From the NCBI RefSeq assembly GCF_964204645.1, contig NC_134029.1, positions 23,554,950 to 23,618,949 of the forward strand: 64,000 nt of DNA, written 5' to 3'. The notes below the pieces were generated by a model that did not search any database, was not told the origin of the DNA, and was given only the letters and a program-made list of their open reading frames with translations. The DNA is from Tubulanus polymorphus (taxonomy: Eukaryota; Animalia; Nemertea). Positions within the stretch are counted from its first letter, which is position 1. The number at the start of each line of letters is the position of its first letter. Both the position numbers and the translations under genes were made by a program. Positions 1 through 12,500 of this stretch are shown here, one piece after another.

Positions 1-1393
1 GCCAATCTAAAACATTTCATATACGATTACCTTCTGAATATGAAATCTGACAGAGTTTCTTGGTCAAGGGTTCTTCTCTGGTCTCTCCCCCATTGGGAAA
101 AAGAAACATCGAACCCGCTTATAATGCCCGGCGTGGCGCTTAGCGGGTTGAGGGTGTTAAAATTTAAAAAAAATGAAAAAAATATATAAAATCTGAACAG
201 ATAACGTTTTTCGCTGATTAAGATTCATAGCCCTCCATAAATCTGTGAGGTTACGTTTGCCAACTTGTTGACAAAAGAAATTGCCAGATACGCCGGTTGG
301 TCTGATTACGCAACATTGATCGTAATCATTACGGCAGTAAATTGTTTTAGACGTGAGTCTTGTCGCTATAGTTGGACAGGAAAAGTGATGCATTTCACTC
401 GCGCAGACCTTTAATAAACAACGCTAACCGTGCGCTCAATGATTGAGGCATCGCGGCTATCGCGCCGTGAAGCCGGATTGACGCGTAAAGTGCTTGTATC
501 AAACAGAATCTTAGCAGCAATTTTAACGAATGCATTGACGAAGCCAGTTATAGAAGCCGACAGACGACAAGGCATTTCACAGTCTTCTCATTTAATCAGT
601 TATATATTTCTGTCACAAATGTCTGAATGAATTAGGATGATACAAATTCTATATCGGTGATATGTAGCATTATTGATGATAATAATCCACGTGGATTTGC
701 GACCTTCGTATATTTTCGATGAAGAAATTAAATAAAAGAAAACCGCAATTTTGTCGAATGTCGACTTCATCCAACAAATCCTGGGGCCAGTTTCATAGTC
801 AAGTCTTGCACTTAAAGACCTACATATATGATAAGCCAATCAAACAAGATACCATCGAGTATTAGGATTTAAGATGGCTGTAAGTCACAACTTTGGAAGA
901 CAAACGTTTGATAAATCTTTAAGATAAAGTTTTTAAAAACAAGCGTAAAACCGGGCTGAGCAGGTAAACTATTTTGGAAAACTTTACGGTGACGTCAGAT
1001 TAGTCCTTTTATGAACACATTCGACATTTTCATGTTGTGGAATAGTTGTTTTTGATTTGTTAATGCCTGTATCGGCTGTATTGCTTAAGCGTCACGTATA
1101 TCACATTAATGACGTACACCAATAAAAAATGTCGCTCATTTGGGAATTAAAGGTCATTAACTATAGCTCCAATGGGTTGGGTCGGGGAGCATATTGGCTG
1201 ACAACCATCGTGCTCAGAATCAATATGTGAAACTAGGAGAAAAAGGTAATAAATTACGTAAGCCGTGTACGATTATCTCGGGCAATACGCGGAAAACACT
1301 GGCAGAGTTTTAGATATGATTTATATTTGTTGCAATGAAATATCCGAAAAAGGATGATCGTATTCAACTTACTGAACGAATCTATTTTTTCAG

Positions 1394-3659
1394 AGTCTGA
1401 GAGCAGAAGTACGGAGGATATGTTACGAGGCCGTGTGCGAAGTCATCTTCTACGTCGAGCTAAATCTAAATCGCTGAAGATGACCGCAGTGATCGTGGCC
1501 GCGTTTATTATCTGTTGGACTCCGTATTTTGTCACTTATTTGTGCTTCACGTTTTCGCCGGATATCGCCAATGAACTCGGTGATACGGTATTTCTGTGGA
1601 TATTCGTATCTGGAATGAGTAACAGTGCCATTAATCCCTTAATCTACGGTGCCTTCCACGTGTGCAGGAAACGGAAACGAAGGTCAGTGGTGATCCGCTC
1701 TCCAGATTATCAAATGAAAATCTATATGCAAATTAGCTTGGACCTCCTTAGCCCCCCAGACTGAACGCAAGGGGGTGAAAGGTACTTCCGACTTTTCTGT
1801 TTATTTTTGGTTTGAGTTGCGATCTAACCTTTAGTAACGACGGTATCAGGTTTAAACTGATCATTATATTTCGTTTTATATTCTGCCAACAATTTCGCCA
1901 TACACAAAATTGAATCATGGACGTTTGAATCACTAACATTCAAACGAACGATTTCACGTTGAACAATTTATTGTAGAGATTTGACGAACGAGTTTGATCC
2001 CGTTTTGAAACCTGATTCCGTCGGTAAAAGAGCTGATATGAAGCTTGCATATCGATCGGTTAAAAGCTACTGACAAAAATGTTTGATTGTAAACATTACT
2101 TTCTGAGGAGTAGTTTTTAAGATAGAAGAACTGTGATTCCTGCGCAATATTCTGTTTTTAAGGTGTTAGCTATAAATGCCACCGATGTGAGACAAGATCT
2201 ATGTTGATCTGATGATTTTGGTATAATCGCCTCTCATCGAGAACTAACATTCTAGAAAACAATGCTCAGCAACTTTTTTTCTATCCTAGCGCATGGCTTT
2301 TATTGTTCTTCAACCCTTTATTTTTATTTCTGGGCTTACATCACTTTAAGTGTCATTGCCGTTAATGCTGATATTCCATTTAACTGTGTTAAACTTCGGT
2401 TTTATGAATACATGTATGCCATTATATGTTATGTTATGCGTGTTGCAATTTTACCAAAAAAACTGATTTTGTTTTCATTGCTTGTTTCATAGTGTTAGCA
2501 ACGAGAATAATGTTGAACTAAGTTAAGTTGTTTTCTGCTATTTCGTAATCGTCATCGTCTGTAAAATCGTCACCAGCACCACCTGTCGGTATTGTGTTCG
2601 TTTTTATCGTGTTCACCATCGCTTTTCATCCCTGTACCGATTTCGAGGACAGGTATCTAGGCTATTGGATCCCGAATCGTTTACTCCTGGAGATCCCGAT
2701 GTAAACCATCCGAAAACTGACATTCTGTTACCGCCCGTTTGTAATCATTTTTTACTGATGACCTCCTCAGGATTCTTCCATTTTCTACGAGTATGAATAT
2801 TGGCATTAATTTATATTTACATTATTAACGAACGGTGTGTCACTTGAATAACACAATAAACATTGCTGAAAAGTAGAACTTTATGTTCGATAAAGTAAAC
2901 GGGGAAACGATGAAATACGATTTCGTTTTTATTATTTCCCATTCGTATCATTGAAAAACCTTCCAAATCAAATACTACCGCAAAAAGCTGACACTGTAAG
3001 TGTTAATGGCGGAGTTGTTTGATTACTATCAGATAGTGGATACATTTAACGAGCCTTCAATGGAAACTTCAAATTGATTTATTTGAGACCCGGAACAGCA
3101 GTGCTTATCTGGTGTGATTTCATTCCAAAATCTCAAGAAAATAAACCTCAATTTATCGAGATTTTGTAATTCATTCCCTTTTCGTTCGTTGTTGGATTTG
3201 GTTCAATGTTTGTTTTTGGCGTCTATTTGTTTGTATGTGTCTGCTATTATTGTGTGGTTTTTGCATGCCGTGTTTGTGACCACAGAGAAATATCATTCAC
3301 ACAAAAACTAAACGAAAACAAATCAACTGCTTCAAATCAATTCAAGGAAGCGAATAAACACCCATTATTCTAGCCAAGCCATAATTCTAATTTTCAGACA
3401 GTACACGGCGGATGGTTACATTCATGGCAAACAGCAGTCTTTGGGCAAAAGTTCCGGCGCCACAAAAAATGCGCTGATGCCGAACAAATCTCTCAATAAG
3501 AAAGACAGCCTGACTAACAGCACATTTGTCTACATGGACAACGACGGCAAAGAACATTCCCCGATGCGAGAACGCGAGCGTGAACGCGAACCAACTCAGC
3601 AGACGACCACACCCAGACGACAGCTACTTGTCACGTACATAATAACACAAGACGTCTAA
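1394..3659 (+). CDS. 3' two coding exons (1394-1682, 3398-3659) of a GnRH/AKH/corazonin-receptor-like rhodopsin GPCR; 5' exons not identified
   Basis: TM6-TM7 sequence RAKSKSLKMTAVIVAAFIICWTPYF...GMSNSAINPLIYGAF has CWxP and NPxxY and resembles the GnRH-receptor family. The phase-2 junction (AG|gtcagt ... ttttcag|A) joins in frame to the 3441-3659 ORF, which forms the C-tail. Confidence 0.8.
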
Positions 3660-6600
3660 TATATACGATGTATAGATGTATATAGTCCCCGGCGGAAATT
3701 ATTAACTTTCTCTCCGTTTTTAATAATGGTTCTTGGCGTTTGCGTTATCGAGATCCCGGAATAAAACGTACGTATCCGATTGCGCATTTGTTGACAACTG
3801 CATCGGACAAAGTCTTAAAGCCCCCTTTTTGATAGAAATAAAAAGGATGGTATGTGCTATGTGCATTAAGTGATAGAATGAGAGTTTTTAACTCAGGTTT
3901 AGTGCACTCATTACGTCGAGCTACGTATGACTGTGGATTCTACCACGATTATATATGTACACCCGCTGACTGGTATCAGAGCACTTAGACGACTGAACTG
4001 GTTACATCAACTATATACAGGACTACACTAAGTAGAGTTAGTAGAATAAAAATGCCAATCGTTGCCTGTGTTCTTGCCGCGCCATCTATATTTATATTCT
4101 GCCATTAGTATTTTAATCGACGTTAAACGACGCCAACGTCTCCTCAAGACTCATAGCTCGATGAGACCGAAGTGACTGAATTCTCTGCTCTTTATTCTGA
4201 AAAACAGATGCACCGGACACGATTCGTGTATCGACAGTGATTCAACTGTTTTTGTTATATATTTCTATAAAACGATCATTTCATTTTACTGTTGTGGGCG
4301 GTAGAAAACGTGATAATTATCAAGTACCGAGATTGGATCGGACTTAAATCGAGTTTGTATTTCGAAACGCATCTGCGATCAATCATCGGAAATGTATTAG
4401 ATATATAGATATAAGTATAAGCGTATTCATCAATATTGTGTGTGTTTGCGTGCGTGTGATCTGTCTTGTGGGCCGCAGAATTTTACGAACCTCGGTTCTG
4501 TGGTGGAGCATGGTATCCGATGTCAGTCATCTTCGTCGCTGGAAACTAATCTATCAGGTAGCTACCCCGCCTAGTTATCGAGATCGCTAGATTGCAAGTT
4601 AATATACGCCTTGAAAATAGATAATATATACACACTGCTTGGTATTATCGACAATGAATGATATTATATAAATAATAAGATATCAAGGGTCAATAAAGTT
4701 ATTTTGAATTTGAATATATCGATAATTGAATTGAATTGACCCAACTGGCCCAAATATCGATGACGTAGTGCACATTCATTCACACAATATTCTAATTTTT
4801 GTAAAGATTTCATACAAATTCATTAAATAAATAAGGTAGTTATCAAATTTGATAATTAATAAAATAAGCGCCAATTTTCGCAATTGTTATTGATATTTTG
4901 AAACGCCGATGTTGATGACGTAGTGCACATGTAGTAGTACCCCTTGAATAAGCCATACACTAGTAGTTGTCACTGTATCGAAACTGTTTTGTAAAGGTGT
5001 TTACCGCGTCCAAAATAATCGCTACAGTCCCTCATTAACAGGAAACGACGGGTTTGTCTTTTTTGATTATTTTTCCTACCGGTAACCGTGATTAAGAAAA
5101 TATACGAGTATTTATGTTGTATGTCTGTTAACGCAGTAACTGACTGTCTGGTTATATTGCCTTATCAGCATTGTTAAAACTGTTACGGAAAAATTTCAAA
5201 TATGACTATTACGTATCTATATTTTGTGTAGCCTGTATATAGATTAAATACATTTAACTCTGTCTCAAAATTCTATTTTAATCCGGTGCGAGGTTGTTCG
5301 TCATCAAAAATAATGACTAGAATTGTCTATGAATTTTTGATTCCATGTAAGAAATAAAAGTCTTTCATGAATAAAATATCGATTTTAACCGCTGAGGCTA
5401 AAATGGATCTGACCTTATCAGTTCGTTTGAGCTTATATTTAGAACTTTCATGGTAGAAATTGGATAGGGGCCACATTTTACTTTTCAACATTTTTTCATT
5501 TTCACATTGATTAGAAAATCAAAATACGAATCATCAGTTTAGTTAATATATATTACCCAACCAGACTTGAACTTCATTTAACGAGCGTTTTTTGTTTTTT
5601 ATTTTCATAATATCTTCACTGCTCTATTATCATAAATGAAATTATACGAGGAATGATATTGTTAACTGTTGACATATCTATTTTGTGAAATAAAGAAAAG
5701 TGTGTTTTATAAAAAGAAAAGATTTTAGTTGTCGTATCGGTCAATGCTTATATCCCGACGTGTGGGCGACGCTGTACATGCCGAGAATGCATTCATACAG
5801 GGAATCACATACATCATTGTTAATGTTCGCACCGAACGATCTGTTTTGACAGCACTATATTGAACGATGTTAAAAAAAGAGCGTGGTGATGTGTCCGATT
5901 TTTTTGTGCACAGCCCCGAACGAATTGCATTTATTAATCTCCGTTAGCTCCGAACGACTCGCATGCCAGAATTTAGAACCACCCTCTTACCGGTTGACAG
6001 CTCTGTAGTACAACGACTGTACAACACAAGCACGATTCGCAGGTACAGGGAAAAATTATCCACGCATAAGACGTTGCAAACAAGGTTTTTCATTTCAGTT
6101 CACTGTCATTACGATACCTCCAAAAATGCCTTTGGTAAATGTGTCAGGCTGGGATTTTCGAAAATACTTGTTGCCTGGCGAACTTCGGTTATCGCAGTTA
6201 GACGACGAATGAAGTGAAATTGCGTGTCAGTAAATCGGAACAGTGGTCCCAAAATAGTCGACTACGGAAGATCTACGTAGAGCCTAGATTTATGGAAAAG
6301 ATTTTCTAAAACAACTTATCTAAAACGACTCGCACGAACACAAACTGCGGTTGACAATAAAACGTTTTATTTATCTAGATTTCCATGTTGAGCCTGCTTA
6401 CATAGTGAAGTCTAAGGTCAACAAAAGAACTGAGTACATGTGGAACTTTCAACTTCATTATCCTCAACTACCCAAAATAAAGATACAAAATATGTTTAGT
6501 ATAACTATGCATGAGCTCTAGTATTGAGGCTCGTTTCATTAAACGATTTTTGTTAAAGTGTAAATTCACGAGACAACGTAGTTTGAAATTACGAAGCATA

Positions 6601-7634
6601 TGATAAATTTATTCAAATAAACACTTACCAAAACCGCACCACCATTTTAGTTTACCAGGTTTACCCGATTTAGCAGGCACATTTGTCTTGTCTACAATAT
6701 ACATATTCATAGTAAAGTGTTTTTTTCTATTTCTTTTCATAATCATTTATAGTTCGTAATGCGTGTGGCAAAATGCATTATCCAAATGGAATCCAATAAA
6801 TCGTATAAACGAATGAAATCAGTTTAGCGTTTGCTATTTGCTGACTTTCAGGTTAAGAAAGACGTCAAAGTTTTCTATTCATTTCTTATTTTCCAATGTT
6901 TTGTGATATTTCTTTACGTTTTGAGAAATCAGAAAATGATTTTGTTTTTGTCTGAGTTAGTCGAAAGTCCGAGGACAGGTTTACTGTTATATTTCTTTCC
7001 ATGGCCCAGACGTCGTACGGTTTCTTACCTGGTTTTTTACCGTTCACTGGCGTCATTGAACAGACGACAAGACACAGCGACACCAATAAAACAAAGTGTA
7101 AGCTTTTCATCTGAAATCATGAAATTGCGTGTAGGAACTGATAAATATTCTCATGCAAATAGTTTCGAGGAAATTAAACGACATTTGAAAATTGTCTACA
7201 AATAATGTACGTACCTTCGAAATTGAGAGTTTCCTTACACAGTGAGGATCAATGAGGGCTGTCATTGAATGAAGTCAAACTTGTAAAAGCACCCGCTTAA
7301 ATTCATTAGTAAAACGATTAATTAGTTAAGATTCAACAGCTGTTTATCTGCTGATAACAACATAAGAAACACAAACCATCATTAGTTGTCATTAATAATG
7401 AAAATAGTTGCACGACTTTGATAGCTATTAATCAGAATTATCATAATCAATGGCGTCGGATTCAATCGAAAATATGCTTTCGACGACATTTTTCGTGATT
7501 TTTTTTCATCGATCGATTAATCGTTTTTAACCGATATCTGAGCTAAAACTGATTAACAAAGATGATTGGTTGTAAACTAAACTATACACCCGATACAATA
7601 ATAAGATCGTTTTTCATTCGTTCGTCATCTCGCA

Positions 7635-8594
7635 ATGTCAAATCAAACAAGTCGCCTACTCACATTCCACTATAGCTACACATCAGCGCTAGTTCAGTTT
7701 ATTTTCCCAAAACGACCATGGAATGATGTGACGCCGTTTATGTTTTTTCTACCGATCGTGTTTCTATTTGGTTTCGTAGGTAACACGATGAGTTTTTGTG
7801 TCATGCTTACTTCTACAATGCGCCGACGTAGTTTCAGTGTATATTTACTAGTCTGTTCGGTATACGACACCGTTAAACTAACTGTTTATCTGTTTAGTTG
7901 GATAAATCTCATATCATTTCAAGTAAACGCCGAGCTCGTGTTCACCCTAGATTCGCGAACTTTGTGCGTTATCCTCGAATTCTACCACGATCTGGGAGTG
8001 TTAGCAAGTACGTGGACGATCGTCGCTTTGACCCTTGAGAGGCTTATCATCGTCGTATTTCCCTTAAAAGCGCCTATTTTTGGTAACAGGCGAGCTGCAA
8101 AGTTAGCCAGTTTCGCAATTTTTGTGGGTAGTTTTTTTACGGCTACAGGCAGCAGTTTGATCGTCAACTATAACCCGCGAAACGGCTGTTTTATCTCTGA
8201 ATTTACGAGAAACATCGACTACGCCCATGCGGCCATCGTTTACTTCATTTTACCAATTCTTATCATCGTAATCTGCAATCTAGCAATAGTTATATCGCTT
8301 CGTAAAAGTGTAGACATCGGCACAGGCGGAAATAAAGATATGAACACGATTCGTGTTACGAAAGTGATGATTATTGTCAGTATGTTGTTAGTATTGACGC
8401 TATTTCCCTGGGCGGTCACGATTACGTTGTTCGTGTTTTGGTCGTCGTTAAGAATTGATTTTTCACTCGCAGATGATATCGGCTCAATAATCGGCTCGGT
8501 GAATTATGCTATAAATTTTTATGTTTATTTGTCTGGAAATGAAATTCGTCAAGCTACACTCGATCTTCTGCGCTGTCACAGTAAAACTATCTGA
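7635..8594 (+). CDS. Single-exon orphan rhodopsin-family 7TM GPCR (319 aa)
   Basis: Seven hydrophobic segments; TM1 GFVGN, TM2 YLLVCSVYD, TM3 LTLERLIIVVFPLK, TM5 LP, TM7 NYAINFYVY (divergent NPxxY). Confidence 0.85.
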   Translation: MSNQTSRLLTFHYSYTSALVQFIFPKRPWNDVTPFMFFLPIVFLFGFVGNTMSFCVMLTSTMRRRSFSVYLLVCSVYDTVKLTVYLFSWINLISFQVNAELVFTLDSRTLCVILEFYHDLGVLASTWTIVALTLERLIIVVFPLKAPIFGNRRAAKLASFAIFVGSFFTATGSSLIVNYNPRNGCFISEFTRNIDYAHAAIVYFILPILIIVICNLAIVISLRKSVDIGTGGNKDMNTIRVTKVMIIVSMLLVLTLFPWAVTITLFVFWSSLRIDFSLADDIGSIIGSVNYAINFYVYLSGNEIRQATLDLLRCHSKTI

Positions 8595-9514
8595 AACGAT
8601 TTCAATTAATTCGTGTTTAAATGTTGTCCGTATAGACCTCGAATCGAACCGGGTCGATGAGAAAGTTTTTTATTGTGTTCTGACTGACTTTTTTTATCGA
8701 TGGAATCAACTCAATATTGATCACCATCTTCGATACATGAATCGATAAAACCAATACGAAATATTGATAAATTGATGATAGATTTTTAATGAAACAAAAA
8801 TGAAATTTCTCGAATACTCGGCGAACGCTCATCCCCGTAATTTGAGGAATCGTCTCTGAAATAAAATCTTTGTCAAATGATTCTACATCCTACATACGAC
8901 GCGTCCTTGAATTTAACGACGAAGGCGTCTACCTTCTCCATCCCATCGTTGTTGATGGTCCTGACTTCAGCGATTGTCGACAACCTCGTTGAAACATCAA
9001 AACAACATCCACATTTGATTATTTAACATATCTGTATTTATAAATATAAATATGTATTTACATATGAATATATCTCCACTTTATAATGCATAAAATACAT
9101 CTTTTCAAGAGGCCACAATTTTCGTTTAATCTACATTACTCCATCTTCACCCGACAAGGGATTCGAACCCATTACGCTAAAGCCGTTCCCCGAACCCCTT
9201 GACCTCTCGAGTCGTTGGAGTCGTTACCAGAATCCGGTCGCAAATCGATATATGATGTCATGTGCAACAGCGCCAGTAATGAAATCACGCTTCGTGAGGC
9301 CAGGGAGCTGGTGGAAGCGAGTTCGGGAGTGATATCGGACCCCTGGCAAGCAAGGATGACATTTCTCAGACAGAGAGCAAACAACTGTATGACAAATTCC
9401 CTATCAAATAGACCTTTCATCTACAGTCTCAAGAAATACTTCCCCAGCGGACAAACTCTAAACTCTCAATCCATATTCTAAGATCAAAATATCATTTTGA
9501 AAAATCTCTCACAA

Positions 9515-12500
9515 TTATACCGGTGATATTGAGGGTGAAATTGTTGGTATAGAGCTGTTACAATAGGGAAACCCTTTTACTGGTTCTGGTAATGTGCCGT
9601 TATTTGTTAACGGAATACACCTTTCAATTTGGAATATGAACCGGGTATAAATTGATAGACCGAGGCATAATAGAATCAATAACATGGTCAAACAGCGTTT
9701 GAATAAAAGTGGCCTCAAATTCGGTTTATCTTCAACTGGTTTGATTTGCTCTTCAATTTGTTCTTCCTCCACGATCAGACTTCGTTGACTGCCGTGATAG
9801 CGCGACGGAAATGACATCTTTCTTCGTCTGCGGCGACGTTTCTTTCGCTGTGGTACGTTCGTCGGGACCAAACCTTAAAACACAAGATCAAATTGGAAAT
9901 TCAACGCACAAATAACCCTGAATAAACATGATCGAATAAGAAAACTTCTCATCTAAACAAGAAACATAAGCCGTGATCACACGCGTGATCACACCGGGAT
10001 GACAATTGGGTCCGAGTCTGTTTAAACCGGGCAAAAATTTGGCCCGACCAAAGACGTCAGACAAGGCCGGAGCCAGATTTAGTATCGAGTCAGTGATTTG
10101 AACGCGCTCTCTGATTAGCATGAGCTAAATTTGACTCGGGCCTGATTCGCGCCAATTTGATTCTGGCCAAATCGTGTCGGTGAGATAGCGGCTATACTGT
10201 TATCCCGCTGATATTGCCTATACTCAAACGACCGAAACGAAGGAAATGGAAAATATTCATTTGTGGAATAAAATCATGATGAAAGTATCAATGCAATTCT
10301 ATACTGACTGGTTGTTTCATCGGCGCTTGTATAATCAGTAAAAGAAGTGTAATCGGTTTCGGACATCTCCACGTGTTTATGAGTTTCTACCAATGGAGGA
10401 GGCGGTGGTGTCTCATCTGGATCATTCAACCCAGCGTTAATCATCGCCTGAAATATAAGAGACAAATATCTCATTAGGAATGAGAATCGTGTAAGAAAAA
10501 AATACAGTCGGATATACACGATACACAGAATTTGACAAAGGGTTTAATGCTTAACAGTCAGAAAACACTATTCATACAAGGTTAATATTGAGCACACTTA
10601 CCTTTGAAACTTGCTCGTCCCAATTGGTTCTGAACAGCAAAATAGTAAAACACAAAGCTTCAAATGCAATACCGACAAAAAGTCCCCACCATATACCTGC
10701 AAATAAAACAAATATATATATAATATATAAATAAAAAATTGAAGACGATCAACGCTCGAGATCGACAAAGACGCAGCAATGGACGCGATTTCAGTAGCGA
10801 TTTCAGATTTTCAATGCATACCGAACGACCCCCCCCCTTCTGATAAGTTCCATCTGCCATTCACGACGAACGCTCGTTTCACTGACATAAAAACGTTGGA
10901 TATTTGACTAATGGAAAAATTAGTTGAAAATGTGCCCTTACGTTATCAACAGTACCCTTTTTCTTTGACTTTAACCTATACCCGCAACTGGTAAGGCACG
11001 TGCATGAAACTCGCGTGACTTTCGAGTTCAATTCAACCATTATATCGCACAACCTTAATTCCCTAGAATTATAGGTTGATATCATAAATACCTTCTGCTG
11101 TTCTCGTTATGAACAACAGCGTGATTCCGATCGGTAAGGCAATCACAACATACGCGAAACTGATGATAAACGCACCGATGCCTTGTCTAGCACACCCTCG
11201 TAAAACTCCAGCCACTACACCCTGCGAATACAACGAAAACGTATCGTAAATATAAATCAGGCCTTACTGGGGTGGACTGATGTTTTTACGAGGTTTCGAA
11301 AATGTGGGCGTTAGACTTACTGCAACCGAATCAAAAATTGTAAAACCAGCAAGAATCGGTAATATACCGGCCGCTGTCTCTATCACTTCGCTTAAACATA
11401 GATAAATACATGTATATCATAATGATGAGGCTGAGATCATGATATGGATGGAAGTATATTTTACTCAATTATTTGTCTACCTTTCATTCGTGAATACTGC
11501 TGGTAAGTAATGGCGCAGTGTAACCAACAAAACGCTCATTGTTAATGCAGTGAATACTGAAATGATATCACAATAAATAAAAGCATGACCACATCGTAAC
11601 ATCGTAACATATATCACATATCTGACGAGATTTTTGTCAAGGATATTCGGGCTTTTATACATTGATGTTATTGAACAACTTACAAACCAATGTGGTGCAA
11701 GTAATACTAGTTCTTTTCGCTGATAAGCCATTACCACTTCCGAGGAACTGTCCTGTACGTATATTAGCCGCGATTGAAAACCCAAGTGGGATCTGTGGAT
11801 TATAGTATTGTAATAATTTGTTACAAACATAATATGTCAACAAAAGAATTGAGTTTAAAATTGGGTTGAGTCATAGTTGAGATTATGCTAGAAAAGATTC
11901 GAGTGAACTTCTTACCATATAGGCCAGACCCTCTATTTGAAAGACAATAGTCTGCGCGTCAAGTTCAATGACACCAACTAATCCTAAAAGATAAGATATA
12001 AGACATTTTTCATACCTCTACAGGGCCATATTTACACAAACTTTAGTGAAAGTGTCCTTGATTATCAGCACCTTATCAAAGATTTTACTGACAAGCATTT
12101 TGTAATTGCGCTCCCCATTAAATTATATTTTAGATTAAATCAATACCCGTCTATTTCGTACTACATTCATAAAAGGTAACGCACACGGCCAGACAGTAAC
12201 ATGACAACAAGCACGGCTCCAGGGGCCGGATTCCATATTCCAAGGCTTTGACTTAAGACCTGTCTAAGACCATCTAAGTTATATCTGCGAGCAATTATCT
12301 GAACAGATAATTGCTCGTAGGTTTTATATAGCCACAACTTGAGACAAATTTTAAAGATTAAAGACCACTTTTCGACCTGTCTCGAGAGTGGAGCAGGAAC
12401 CAGGTAACGCCTGGTGCCTTGTCATTAATAGCCGAACGGACACGAGATCATTTACGCGTTCGCACGTGTGTCCAATAGCTATAATGACTGCAATTCACGA

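Noticed and set aside
4759-4930. 17-bp direct repeat GATGACGTAGTGCACAT (x2) downstream of the GPCR
   Set aside because: Only two copies with no supporting structure; function cannot be argued.
9148-9172. GGGATTCGAACCC tRNA T-arm/B-box motif (also at ~22380)
   Set aside because: No A-box, D-arm or acceptor stem; at most a SINE remnant.
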